Source of the DNA: an uncultured Trueperaceae bacterium
GTDB lineage: Bacteria > Deinococcota > Deinococci > Deinococcales > Trueperaceae
Direction of reading: 5' to 3'
NCBI GenBank assembly: GCA_963815215.1
Contig: CAWFFU010000011.1
Coordinates: 480,001-544,000, forward strand
Length of the DNA: 64,000 nucleotides
Part shown: positions 1 to 9,518 of the stretch, one piece after another
Layout of the letters: the number at the start of each line of letters is the position of its first letter
Numbering within the stretch: the first letter of the stretch is position 1
The notes under the pieces: model-generated
The model's database searches: none
What the model was told of the DNA's origin: nothing
The model's input: the letters and a program-made list of their open reading frames with translations, nothing else
Made by a program: the position numbers and the translations under genes

Positions 1-208
1 CTCCGTGGCCCGGCGTCGCCGCTCAACCATGGCCGTAGTCTATAGGCAGCAGAACCGTGTGGTGCATCCCATCGAACTCCTTCGGTCTCTTCGTTGCCGC
101 GCCAGACTCTCTCGGTCGGCCCCGATCGTCAGTCCGGGAGGGTTGTCCACCCGCGCCGGAGCGCCACATCGAACGGGATCGCGTCCCTCCGGCGGCGCGC
201 CCGGCAGG

Positions 209-251
209 AGCCTACCTCGCAGGACGAACGTCCCGGCGGGGCAAATGTCCC
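209..251 (-). promoter_or_regulatory. DosR-box-like site plus -10
   Basis: GGGACATTTGCCCC (251-238), 23 nt, TAGGCT (214-209); second palindrome AGGACGAACGTCCC at 221-234. Confidence 0.5.
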
Positions 252-419
252 TCGGCACAAGGCCCTCACAAGCGGCCCCGAGAGACCCGAGCCGGACCCC
301 GAGCGCGCACCGGGGTCTCGATCCCCGGCGGCGGCGGCATTCTACGCTATGAACGCACCAGACGTCAGCGAAGGGCGCCATCCTGGGCCTCCCGGGGCCC
401 GAACGAGGCACACTAGGGT

Positions 420-836
420 ATGACCCCCACGTCGGCCGCCGTCCCCCTCGATTTCGAGACCATCAGCCGACGCCTCCACGACCTGTCGATCCCGGAGGTC
501 GACGTGGTGGTGGGGATCGCGTCCGGCGGCACCGTCCCGGCTTCGCTCCTGGCTCACCAGCTGCGCAAGCCGCTGGCGTTGGTGACGATCAACTTCCGCG
601 CCCCGGACAACACCCCGCAGCGACCCGCGCCGGAGCTCCTGAGCGAGCTGCCTCACCTGCCAGCCGGCAGCCACCTGCTGCTGGTGGACGAGGCGAGCGT
701 GACCGGCGCCACCCTCGCTGCGGCGAGGGCATTGTTCGCGGACCACCCCGTCACCACGCTCGTGCTCAAGGGCAAGGGGGACCTGGTGGCCTTCCCCGAG
801 TTCCGCACCTGCGTGGCGTGGCCCTGGAAGCGCTGA
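420..836 (+). CDS. Type I phosphoribosyltransferase family protein
   Basis: VVGIASGG motif and PRPP-binding loop LLVDEASVTGATL. Confidence 0.8.
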   Translation: MTPTSAAVPLDFETISRRLHDLSIPEVDVVVGIASGGTVPASLLAHQLRKPLALVTINFRAPDNTPQRPAPELLSELPHLPAGSHLLLVDEASVTGATLAAARALFADHPVTTLVLKGKGDLVAFPEFRTCVAWPWKR

Positions 837-1067
837 CGAGCGGAACGTAGTCCAGCACGATAACCAAGGGATGACGTCGGGTGCGCTACGTTGCCTGCGT
901 CACGGGTCCGACGTTCCAGTCCGGGACAATTGCACGTTACAGGGCGCCGGGTCGTGGCACGCATGCCCTGTCCACCCGGCCGCACCGACCCAGACGCGCC
1001 ACCGACCCAGACGGGACCGGGTCGAGCCATACCGCGTCCCGCGACATCGACCTGGAAGGAGCCCCTC

Positions 1068-1571
1068 ATGGCGTCCACCACGACGAGCCCGACAGGATCC
1101 AACCTCAACCAGGAGCTCGTGCGTCCGGCCCTGCTGGGCCTCATGGACGGCACCGTCTCCACGCTGGCACCGATCTTCGCCGCCGCCCAGCTCACGAGCA
1201 GCATCCACGTGTTCTGGGTGGGGCTGGCGGCGGCGACGGGAGCCGGCCTGAGCATGGGGCTGGCCGAGGCCCTCTCGCACGGCCCGGACGAGAAGATGGA
1301 CGTAGCACCGGGGTGGAAGGGGGTCACCACCGGCCTCGGCACCACCCTCGGCGGGATCTTCCACAGCTTGCCCTTCCTCATCTCCAACCTGACGCTGGCG
1401 CTGATCATCGCCTACATCGTGGTGGCCGCCGAGTTGCTGGTGATCTCGGCCATCCGCTGGCGCTACCTCAAGTTCCCCCTCTGGAGGACGCTCGTCCTCG
1501 TCGTCGGCGGAGGGGCCCTGGTGTTCTTCCTCGGCATCTTCCTGGGCAGCATCGGCAGCGGCGCCATCTGA
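1068..1571 (+). CDS. VIT1/CCC1 family membrane protein (MbfA membrane-domain-like iron exporter)
   Basis: GLMDGTVSTLAPIFAAA and SMGLAEALS motifs, hydrophobic helices; SD GAAGGAG before ATG 1068. Confidence 0.75.
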   Translation: MASTTTSPTGSNLNQELVRPALLGLMDGTVSTLAPIFAAAQLTSSIHVFWVGLAAATGAGLSMGLAEALSHGPDEKMDVAPGWKGVTTGLGTTLGGIFHSLPFLISNLTLALIIAYIVVAAELLVISAIRWRYLKFPLWRTLVLVVGGGALVFFLGIFLGSIGSGAI

Positions 1572-1817
1572 AGCCAACCGGACGATGGACGGTCCGCGCC
1601 GGCGCGCCCGGCCGCCGCGCCGTTGAGGAAGGTGCGCCCCGGCGCCGCGCCCGACAGGCCGTCGCCGGGGTCCCACGCGATTGCGCCGCCGGCGTCCCCC
1701 GGCCTACCCTGCGGGTGAAGGTGACGGCATGGGGCGGCAGCCAGGGACCGCAGAACGCCGTGACGGCCGGGGGCACCGGGAGGGCATCCTCACCAGTGCC
1801 AGCCTGGAGGAGGCAGC

Positions 1818-2831
1818 ATGAACACCGTCCGCTGGGGCATCATCGGCTGTGGCGACGTCACGGAGGTCAAGAGCGGACCCGCCTTCCAGAAGGCGAGAGG
1901 CTCGAGCCTGGTAGCCGTGATGCGCAGGGACGGCGCCCTTGCCGAGGATTACGCGCGACGCCACGGCGTGCCGCGCTTCTACGACGCCGCCGAAGCACTC
2001 ATCCTGGACCCAGACGTGGACGCGGTCTACGTTGCAACGCCGCCCTCCAGCCATCGCCTCTACACCGAGATGGCCGCAGCGCGAGGCAAGCCCGTCTACG
2101 TCGAGAAGCCCATGGCGACGACCGGCGACGACTGCGAGGCCATGCGCTCGGCCTGCGCCGAGGCAGGCGTACCGCTGTTCGTGGCCTACTACCGGCGCGC
2201 CCTGCCGCGCTTCCTCCAGGTCCGGGCGCTCCTCGCAGACGGCGCCATCGGCGACCCGGTGGCGGTGGTCGTCACGCACCTCAGCCCGCCGGCCGGCAGC
2301 GAGAGCGCGTCGCTCCCTGGCTGGCGCGTATCCCCCGAGATCGCAGGAGGCGGGTACTTCGTCGACCTGGGAAGCCACACCCTCGACCTGCTCGACTTCC
2401 TGCTGGGCCCGGTGCAGCGGGCGGATGGGAGCGCGTCCAACCGAGCGGGCCTGTACCCGGCCGAGGACCTGGTCACCGCCCGGCTCACCTTCGCGTCCGG
2501 CGTCCAGGGCGTGGGCGTGTGGTCGTTCAGCGTCGCACAACCCCGCGAGCAGGTCGAGATCTTCGGCACGCGCGGCACACTGCGCTTCTCCGTGTTCGCC
2601 GATGAACCCGTCGCGGTCAGCCGCGAGGGGATCGAGCAGGTCCTGCCCCTCGTCCCCCACCCGCCACACGTGCAGCAACCGCTGATCCAGACGGTGGTGG
2701 ACGCACTCATGGGGCGCGGCACCTGCCCCAGCACCGGCGCGAGCGCCGCACGCACCAGCCATGTCATCGACCGCTTGCTGGCCGACCACCGCACCGCGCT
2801 GCGCACCGACGGCTCGCCGGCACCATCCTGA
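1818..2831 (+). CDS. Gfo/Idh/MocA family NAD(P)-dependent oxidoreductase
   Basis: WGIIGCG, VYVATPP, VEKPMA, DLGSHTLD motifs; SD GGAGGAGG. Confidence 0.9.
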   Translation: MNTVRWGIIGCGDVTEVKSGPAFQKARGSSLVAVMRRDGALAEDYARRHGVPRFYDAAEALILDPDVDAVYVATPPSSHRLYTEMAAARGKPVYVEKPMATTGDDCEAMRSACAEAGVPLFVAYYRRALPRFLQVRALLADGAIGDPVAVVVTHLSPPAGSESASLPGWRVSPEIAGGGYFVDLGSHTLDLLDFLLGPVQRADGSASNRAGLYPAEDLVTARLTFASGVQGVGVWSFSVAQPREQVEIFGTRGTLRFSVFADEPVAVSREGIEQVLPLVPHPPHVQQPLIQTVVDALMGRGTCPSTGASAARTSHVIDRLLADHRTALRTDGSPAPS

Positions 2832-2865
2832 CGAGCACCGTCCTGACGAGCACCGTCCTGACGAA
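2821..2865. repeat. 15-bp tandem repeat x3 across the stop codon of the oxidoreductase
   Basis: CACCATCCTGACGAG / CACCGTCCTGACGAG / CACCGTCCTGACGAA. Confidence 0.85.
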
Positions 2866-3030
2866 CGGCATCCAGGTCACGTCCTCCTCACGGATCGGCG
2901 CTACGCTCGTCTGCGGGCCGGCTGCGGTTTCGCAGGCCCCGGCCTGTCCGAGGGGTCCGGGTCACGACGGACCCGCCCTCACGGCTCCATGCCCTCGTTC
3001 GGCGCCCGCAGGGCGCAAAGAGGAGCGCTC

Positions 3031-3813
3031 ATGCAGATCCGACTGGACGGCAAACGAGCCCTCGTGACCGGTGCCAACAGCGGCATCGGCGCGGCCATCG
3101 CCGAGGCCCTCGGCGAGGCCGGCGCACGCGTGGCCATCAACTTCCTCGAGGGCCAGGACGCCGCCGACGGTGTGGCCGAGCGCGTTCGCAAGGCGGGCGG
3201 CGAGGCCCTCACGGTCCAGGCCGACGTGGCATCGACCGACGGGGTGGACGCCATGTTCGAACGCCTCGACCAGGCCTGGGGCGGCATCGACATCCTGGTG
3301 AACAACGCCGGCATCGACGGCGCTCGCGCCGAGGCGTGGCAGAGCGAGCCGGACGCATGGCGCAAGGTGATCGACGTCAACCTCTTCGGCGCCTACGCCT
3401 GCTCGCGTCAGGCCTTGAAGCGCATGATCCCCGCCGGCCACGGCGTGGTCCTCAGCATCACCTCGGTGCATGAGGTCATCCCCTGGAGCGGCTACAGCGC
3501 CTACACGGCCGCCAAGGCGGGGGCCGGGATGATGACCCGTACCCTCGCCCAGGAGGCCGCGCCGCACGGCGTACGCGTGCTGGCGCTGGCGCCTGGCGCC
3601 GTCAAGACGGCCATCAACAAGTCGGTCTGGAGCGATCCCGATGCGCTGGCGGACCTGCTGGACAAGATCCCGCTGAACCGCCTGGGCGAGCCAGAGGACA
3701 TCGCAAGGATGGCGACCGTGCTGGTCTCCGACGTGGCCGGCTACGTCACCGGCACCACCCTCTTCGTGGACGGCGCGATGACCGACTACCCGGACTTCGC
3801 GCACGGTGGCTGA
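3031..3813 (+). CDS. SDR oxidoreductase, glucose 1-dehydrogenase-like
   Basis: TGANSGIG, NNAG, SVHEVIPW, YTAAK; SD AGAGGAG. Confidence 0.85.
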   Translation: MQIRLDGKRALVTGANSGIGAAIAEALGEAGARVAINFLEGQDAADGVAERVRKAGGEALTVQADVASTDGVDAMFERLDQAWGGIDILVNNAGIDGARAEAWQSEPDAWRKVIDVNLFGAYACSRQALKRMIPAGHGVVLSITSVHEVIPWSGYSAYTAAKAGAGMMTRTLAQEAAPHGVRVLALAPGAVKTAINKSVWSDPDALADLLDKIPLNRLGEPEDIARMATVLVSDVAGYVTGTTLFVDGAMTDYPDFAHGG

Positions 3814-6160
3814 TCCCGTGGCTGATCCCGTGGACGCGCCCGGCGCACCCGGCATCGCCCCGACCTGGACCTCGAGCGCCAAAGACCTCGTCACCACGGC
3901 GCTCGGCCCCTCCAGGCTATGGGCCACACTCGGCCACGGAGTCGTCAACGAGGTCTACTACCCCACCACGGGTCAGCCACAGGTGCGCGACCTGGGCTTC
4001 ATCGTGGCCGGGGAGGGCGGATGGTGGGAGGTCAAGCGCGTGGCGCGCTACCGGATCACGACGCCGGCGCCCACGGTTCCGCTGGCGACCATCGAGCACC
4101 GGGGGGAGGGCTACCGGCTCGAACTGGAGATGCTCCCCGACCCCGAGCGCGAGGTCTTGCTGGTGCGCTACCGGCTCGAAGGCCGAGGGCTCCGGCTCTA
4201 CCCGCTGCTCGCCCCGCATCTCGGCGCCAACGGTGCGGACAACGACGCCTGGCTGCAGGGGCCCGGCGCGCTGTGCGCCCGGGGCGGCGCCGAGGCGCTG
4301 GCGCTGTTGGCGGAAGGCGGCTTCCGGCGACGCAGCGTGGGATACGTGGGTGCCTCCGACGGCTGGCAGGACTTCGCGCGCAACGGCGCCATGACCTGGA
4401 ACTACGAGGCCGCTCGCCACGGAAACGTGGCGCTCATGGGCGAGCTGACGCAGACCGAAGGCGTGCTGGCGCTGGGCTTCGCCGAGACCGTCGAGGGCGC
4501 CCTGACCCGGGCGCGCTCGAGCCTGGCCGTGGGGTTCGACCACGGGCGCCGCGTCTTCGTCGACGCCTGGACCGCCTGGGGCGATACCCTGACGGCGCCC
4601 TCGCTGCCCGACGATCTCGCACGCGAGGCGCTGCTCTCGGCCACCGTCCTCAAGGTCCACGAGGACAAGGCCTACCCGGGTGCGGTTGTCGCCAGCCTCA
4701 GCATCCCCTGGGGCAACGCGCGCGACGACCTCGGCGGTTACCACCTGGTGTGGCCGCGCGACGCCGTCGAGACCGGGCTCGGCCTGCTCGCGGCCGGCCA
4801 ACAGGGTGACGCCCGCCGCATGCTGGCGTACCTGATCGCGACCCAGCGTGCCGACGGTCACTGGACCCAGAACATGTTCCCCGACTCCCGCCCCTTCTGG
4901 ACCGGCGTGCAACTCGACGAGGTGGGCTTCCCGCTGCTGTTGGCCGCCAAGCTGCGTGAGCGGGACGCGCTGGACGGACTCCGCGGGGTCGAGCCGATGG
5001 CGCGCGCGGCCGCCGGCTACCTGGCGCGCCACGGCCCGCTCACACCGCAGGACCGCTGGGAGGAGAACGGCGGCGCCAACCCCTTCACCTTGGCTGTCGA
5101 GGTCGCGGCGCTCGTCGCCGCCGGGCCCTTCCTCGACGACGACGAACGAACCTACGCGCTCTCCCTGGCCGACGGCTGGAACGAGCGTATCGAGGACTGG
5201 ACCTACGTCGTCGACGGCCCCCTGGCCCAACAGCACGCCGTCGACGGCTACTACCTGCGCATCGCGCCCCCGACCGGCGGGCTGCGCGGTCGGGTCGAGG
5301 TGCGCAACCGGGTCGGTGACGACCTCGACGCCGCCCGCCTGGTGAGCCTGGACTACCTGGCCCTGGTCCGGCTAGGACTGCGTGAAGCCGACGATCCCCG
5401 CATCCTGGCGACCACGGCCCTGGTCGACCGCTTGCTGGCGGTCCATCTCCCCACCGGTACCGCCTACCACCGCTACAACGACGACGGCTACGGAGAGCAT
5501 GCCGACGGCAGTCCCTTCGACGGGACCGGTATCGGTCGCGCCTGGCCGCTGCTGGCCGGCGAGCGCGCCCACCTGAGCCTGCAGCAGGGGGAGGATCCGC
5601 TGCCGGCCCTGCGCGCCATGGCCGCCATGGCCGGGCCTGCCGGGCTCATCCCAGAGCAGGTGTGGGACACCGACGCCATCCCCGAGCGCTTCCTCGAGCC
5701 CGGCAAGCCGTCGGGAAGCGCGATGCCGCTGGTCTGGGCGCACGCCGAGTTCATCAAGCTCGCCTTCGCACGCGATGCCGGCCGCCCGCTCGAGCTGCTC
5801 GACGCCGTCACCGATCGCTACCACGGCGTTCGCCCGGAAGCCGCCTGCTGGCACTGGCGCGAGACCGTGCCCTTCGACGAGCTCCCGAAGGGTCGCGCCA
5901 TGCTGGTGGAGCGCCCGGCGCCCTTCACGTTGCACCTCGGCTTCGACGGTTGGCGCGAACCCCGGGACCTCCCGGCCGCCGCCCTGCCGTTCGGGATGTT
6001 CGGGGTCCGGCTCGAGCCCGGCGAGTTGGAGGGACGGTCCACGGTCGAGTTCACGCTGCGTGACAACGCATCGGGCAGCTGGTCGGCCGACCGACAGGTG
6101 CGGCTCGACGCGTCTGGACCGCGAGGGACGCTGTCGGCTCCATCGGAGGACGGCACCTAG
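3806..6160 (+). CDS. Glycoside hydrolase family 15 (glucoamylase/glucodextranase type)
   Basis: VASLSIPWG, YHLVWPRD, QDRWEE, RYNDDGYGE, LIPEQVWD, PLVWAHAE. Confidence 0.9.
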   Translation: MADPVADPVDAPGAPGIAPTWTSSAKDLVTTALGPSRLWATLGHGVVNEVYYPTTGQPQVRDLGFIVAGEGGWWEVKRVARYRITTPAPTVPLATIEHRGEGYRLELEMLPDPEREVLLVRYRLEGRGLRLYPLLAPHLGANGADNDAWLQGPGALCARGGAEALALLAEGGFRRRSVGYVGASDGWQDFARNGAMTWNYEAARHGNVALMGELTQTEGVLALGFAETVEGALTRARSSLAVGFDHGRRVFVDAWTAWGDTLTAPSLPDDLAREALLSATVLKVHEDKAYPGAVVASLSIPWGNARDDLGGYHLVWPRDAVETGLGLLAAGQQGDARRMLAYLIATQRADGHWTQNMFPDSRPFWTGVQLDEVGFPLLLAAKLRERDALDGLRGVEPMARAAAGYLARHGPLTPQDRWEENGGANPFTLAVEVAALVAAGPFLDDDERTYALSLADGWNERIEDWTYVVDGPLAQQHAVDGYYLRIAPPTGGLRGRVEVRNRVGDDLDAARLVSLDYLALVRLGLREADDPRILATTALVDRLLAVHLPTGTAYHRYNDDGYGEHADGSPFDGTGIGRAWPLLAGERAHLSLQQGEDPLPALRAMAAMAGPAGLIPEQVWDTDAIPERFLEPGKPSGSAMPLVWAHAEFIKLAFARDAGRPLELLDAVTDRYHGVRPEAACWHWRETVPFDELPKGRAMLVERPAPFTLHLGFDGWREPRDLPAAALPFGMFGVRLEPGELEGRSTVEFTLRDNASGSWSADRQVRLDASGPRGTLSAPSEDGT

Positions 6161-6296
6161 GCCCATTCTGCACGCGTTCTGCACCGCCCGCGGCCACGGC
6201 GTGCACGCTCGGCTGGCACGGTGGGCTCAGGCGCCCCTACGGGCGCTGCGCGTTCGCGGAGCGGTCCCTACCGCCCGCCATCGAAAGGAGCTAGGC

Positions 6297-7322
6297 ATGG
6301 TCCGATCCTTACGACTCGGCGCCCTGGCGATGCTGGCCGCTTCCGTCCTGCTGGTGCCGACGCTGGCCGCCGCCCAGTCCAGCAACAGCACGACCGGCAC
6401 GAGCCCGAGCGGCACGACCCCGTCTTCCGCCGCCAACGCCTCCACGTCGTCCCAGACGCTGGCGCAACTCCAACGGAAGGCGCTCCGGCTCACCCTGATC
6501 GCCCGGCTCCCGGCCGCCGATCGGCAGCAGGCCGGGCAGCTTCTCGATCGCGCCGACGCGCTGCGCCAGCGCGCCCTGACGCTTAGGCGGCAGGAGTTGC
6601 AGGCGTACGTGGCTGCGCTCGAAGCGGGCGCCACGCCCGCCGACGCCCGGGCCCAGGCGCGACAGAAGGTCGCCGACGAACGCACCGGCCTCACCAAGGA
6701 CGCCGCGACCCTCCGCACCGATGTCCGGAGCTTCGTGCAACAGGTGCCGCAGGCGCGCGCGCTACTGCGTTCCCTCGGCGCCGGTCCGGGCGAGCGCGCT
6801 CAGGCGCTCGGCCGCGGTGCCGGCCGCGGTGCCGGCCGCGGTGCCGGTAACGCGCCGGGCATGGGCCCGTGGTCCGGCAGGGGCCAAGGCATGAGTCCAG
6901 GGACGCGCCCGGGCATGGGTCGTCAGCGCATGGGCGGCCGGGGCATGGGCATGGGCGACAACGAGCGCGGAATGCGTTCGGATCGCGACGGTGCCCCATA
7001 CGGGCAGGGCGACGCCCCGTGGGGCACCGCCATGCGCCAGGGGCTCGGCCGCGGCCGGATGGGTCCGAACGGCGTGGGCCGGGGCTGGGACTGGATGGAC
7101 CGGAGCTGGATGGGACGCGACTGGATGGGACGCGACTGGTTGGGGCCGAACGGCTCCATGCCCGGGCAGGGCCCCCGCATGAGCCCCCGTAACGGAGCGC
7201 CCCAGAACAGCGCGCCCCCGAGTAGCACGCCGCCCAGTAGCACGCCGCCGAGTAGCACGCCGCCGAGCACCACGCCCCCGAGCACCACGCCCCCATCTGG
7301 GAGCGGATCCGGCGGCGCCTGA
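6297..7322 (+). CDS. Secreted hypothetical protein with helical core and Gly/Met/Arg-rich, Pro/Ser/Thr-rich tail
   Basis: SD AAAGGAG, signal peptide ending AAA-Q; GRGA x3, WMGRD-like x3-4 and PPSST x5 repeats. Confidence 0.65.
   Translation: MVRSLRLGALAMLAASVLLVPTLAAAQSSNSTTGTSPSGTTPSSAANASTSSQTLAQLQRKALRLTLIARLPAADRQQAGQLLDRADALRQRALTLRRQELQAYVAALEAGATPADARAQARQKVADERTGLTKDAATLRTDVRSFVQQVPQARALLRSLGAGPGERAQALGRGAGRGAGRGAGNAPGMGPWSGRGQGMSPGTRPGMGRQRMGGRGMGMGDNERGMRSDRDGAPYGQGDAPWGTAMRQGLGRGRMGPNGVGRGWDWMDRSWMGRDWMGRDWLGPNGSMPGQGPRMSPRNGAPQNSAPPSSTPPSSTPPSSTPPSTTPPSTTPPSGSGSGGA
7215..7289 (+). repeat. In-frame 15-bp tandem repeat x5 (PPSST/PPSTT)
   Basis: CCSCCSAGYASCACG units read directly. 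Confidence 0.85.
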
Positions 7323-7514
7323 GGGCCGACGCCCCAGTCGTTTCCATCTCAGGCACCGCGCCGGAGCCGATCGGCGCACGTGAGCGCAGGAACGCACGGG
7401 ATGCACACGCAAGGACGATGCCGGCGGCTCGAGCCGCCGGCATCGTCCTCTCTACCCACGTCGCCAGGGCCGCGTAAGACCCTCGACGCCGGCGCGGAAC
7501 GGGCGACCCACCCA

Positions 7515-7622
7515 AGTGGAGGGCCCCCGCTTTCGCGGGGGCCCGGGACGGAATCGTCCGCCATCCACACCTTAGGAGGGGTATGAAGAGAGGTTGCCAC
7601 GCTCGTTGGCAGCCACGAGAAG
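7515..7622 (-). ncRNA. Candidate small RNA with anti-Shine-Dalgarno tract
   Basis: Lower-GC intergenic; minus-strand TATCCT -10 at 7629-7624, CUCUCUUCAUACCCCUCCU tract, 3' hairpin. Confidence 0.35.
7521..7544. terminator. GC-rich hairpin, probable terminator
   Basis: GGGCCCCCGC-TTTC-GCGGGGGCCC perfect 10-bp stem (GAAA loop on minus strand). Confidence 0.6.
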
Positions 7623-7735
7623 AAGGATAGTCCCCTACCTTGAAAGAAGGTTGAATGGTTCGTGAGAATCGTGACCGTATCGCATGAAGCGGAATTCAGA
7701 CGGGGGACTGGCGCGCTTCGAGCCTCGCACACGCC

Positions 7736-8380
7736 TCAGTCGAGGAGGTTATGCTCCAGCGCCCAGCGCACCAGCTCGGCGCGGGTCTTGACGCCCAGCT
7801 TCTCCGACGCCCGTTCCCGATAGGTGGCGACGGTCTTCTCGCTGATCCCGAGCGCCTCCGCGATCTCCTTGTAGGTGCTGCCGTGCGCGATGTGTCGCAC
7901 CACCTCGTGCTCGCGCTGGGTCAGCCGGGCGTTGCGGTAGGGATCGCCGGTGGCCATCTCGCGCGCCAGCTCGGCCAGCAGTCGCGCCGGCGCGTAGTAC
8001 TCGCCCCGCGAAACCGCCAGGATGGCATCGACGAGTTGCATCTCGAGTGAGCTCTTGGGAACGTACCCCGAGCCTCCGGCCTCCAGGAAGCCCCGCACGT
8101 ACTCCGGGTCCTCATGCATGGAGAGCGCGATGAAGCGGGTCTCGGGGAGACGACGACGCAGCACGCGCACCGCCTCGATGCCGTTCATGCCCGGCAGCGA
8201 CAGATCGAGCAGGACCACGTCGACGTCGATCTGGGAGAGCGCCTCCAGCGCCTCCTCAGCGCTCTCGGCTTCCCCCACCACGTCGAGCGAGTCCTGGGCG
8301 TTGAGCAGCATGCGCACGCCCGCGCGCACGATGGCGTGATCGTCGACGATGAACAGGCGGATGGGCTGGCGCGTCGTCAC
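7736..8380 (-). CDS. NarL/LuxR family response regulator
   Basis: IVDDHAIVRAG, LLDLSLPGMNG receiver; LTQREHEV...IAEALGISEKTV HTH. Confidence 0.93.
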   Translation of the reverse strand: MTTRQPIRLFIVDDHAIVRAGVRMLLNAQDSLDVVGEAESAEEALEALSQIDVDVVLLDLSLPGMNGIEAVRVLRRRLPETRFIALSMHEDPEYVRGFLEAGGSGYVPKSSLEMQLVDAILAVSRGEYYAPARLLAELAREMATGDPYRNARLTQREHEVVRHIAHGSTYKEIAEALGISEKTVATYRERASEKLGVKTRAELVRWALEHNLLD

Positions 8381-8387
8381 GTGAGCT

Positions 8388-9500
8388 TCAGCGTACCGGA
8401 AGCCGGGCATAGAGTGCCGTACCTTGCCCCGGCACACTCTCGATGCGCAGGCTGCCACCGAGCACTTCGAGGCGCTCGCGCATACCCATCAGACCCACCT
8501 GCTCGCCCGGCAACAACGCGTCCTCGTCGAAGCCGATCCCGTCGTCCTCGACCACGCACTGCACGTAGCTGTTGTAGGACGTCACCACCACCGAGCCACG
8601 CCCCGCCGAGGCGTGACGCACCATGTTCGTGAGCCCCTCCTGGACCACCCGGTAGAGCACGATCTCCTCCTGGTGATCGAGCCTCGAGGGCAGGTTGACG
8701 AGCACGCTCACGTCCAGGTCGTAGCGCTCGTGGATGTCGCGGGCGTAGCGTCGCAGCCCTGCCTCCAGACCGAGCTCGTCCAGGACCGAGGGCCGCAGGT
8801 CGAGGGCGATGCGCCGCACGTCGGAGAGCGTCACCGAGGTGAGCTCTTTGAGCCGCTGCAGGCTCCTGGAATCAGGGTGATCGATGTTCTGGTCGAGACC
8901 TAGCAGCAGTGCCGTGAGCGCCTGACCGATCTGATCGTGCAGGTCGCGCGAGATGCGACCGCGTTCCTCCTCCTGCGCGGTCAGGAACGCCTGGAGCAGG
9001 CGCGAGCGCTGCTGCTCCTTCTCGGCGAGACGCTGGTGCAGATGGGTGTGCTTCAGCGACGCCCGCATCACGTCGACCACCGCGCCGAGGAAACCCTGCG
9101 AGACGTCCTCGCCGCCCGACAGCGCGAGCAGTGCCACGTCGTCGATAGGCACCAGCAACCAATCGCCGGTACGGGACGCGTCGCCGGCGGTCATCACAGG
9201 CTCCCCCTCGACGATCAGGTCGGGACGCTTGGGGCACGCACGCAACGGGTCGAACGGGCACAACCCCACCGTCACGGTCGCCAGTGGGCGACCGGGACCC
9301 TGGCGCAGCAACGCCTCCCCGCAGTTGAACCAACCCATCTCCAAGAGAGCGGTCAACGAGCGCTCGAGCACCTCCGACGCCTGGCTGGTATCTGCGACGG
9401 CCTCGGCCAGAATGTGGAGGGTCTCCAATTCGCGGGTGCGGCGTCCCGCCTCGTCGAGCGTGTCGATCATCCTGACCATCGGGAGCACCCGCTTGAGCAT
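8388..9500 (-). CDS. Cytoplasmic sensor histidine kinase (HisKA_3) with short GAF-like input domain
   Basis: EERGRISRDLHDQIGQ H-box, QEGLTNMVRH, DDGIGF, GLMGMRER; no clear TM segment; TATGAT 6 nt upstream of ATG (leaderless). Confidence 0.92.
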   Translation of the reverse strand: MLKRVLPMVRMIDTLDEAGRRTRELETLHILAEAVADTSQASEVLERSLTALLEMGWFNCGEALLRQGPGRPLATVTVGLCPFDPLRACPKRPDLIVEGEPVMTAGDASRTGDWLLVPIDDVALLALSGGEDVSQGFLGAVVDVMRASLKHTHLHQRLAEKEQQRSRLLQAFLTAQEEERGRISRDLHDQIGQALTALLLGLDQNIDHPDSRSLQRLKELTSVTLSDVRRIALDLRPSVLDELGLEAGLRRYARDIHERYDLDVSVLVNLPSRLDHQEEIVLYRVVQEGLTNMVRHASAGRGSVVVTSYNSYVQCVVEDDGIGFDEDALLPGEQVGLMGMRERLEVLGGSLRIESVPGQGTALYARLPVR

Positions 9501-9518
9501 GCCACCATCATAGGCGGC

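Noticed and set aside
2821..2865. Possible CRISPR-like repeat
   Set aside because: Contiguous 15-bp units with no spacers and no cas genes in the window.
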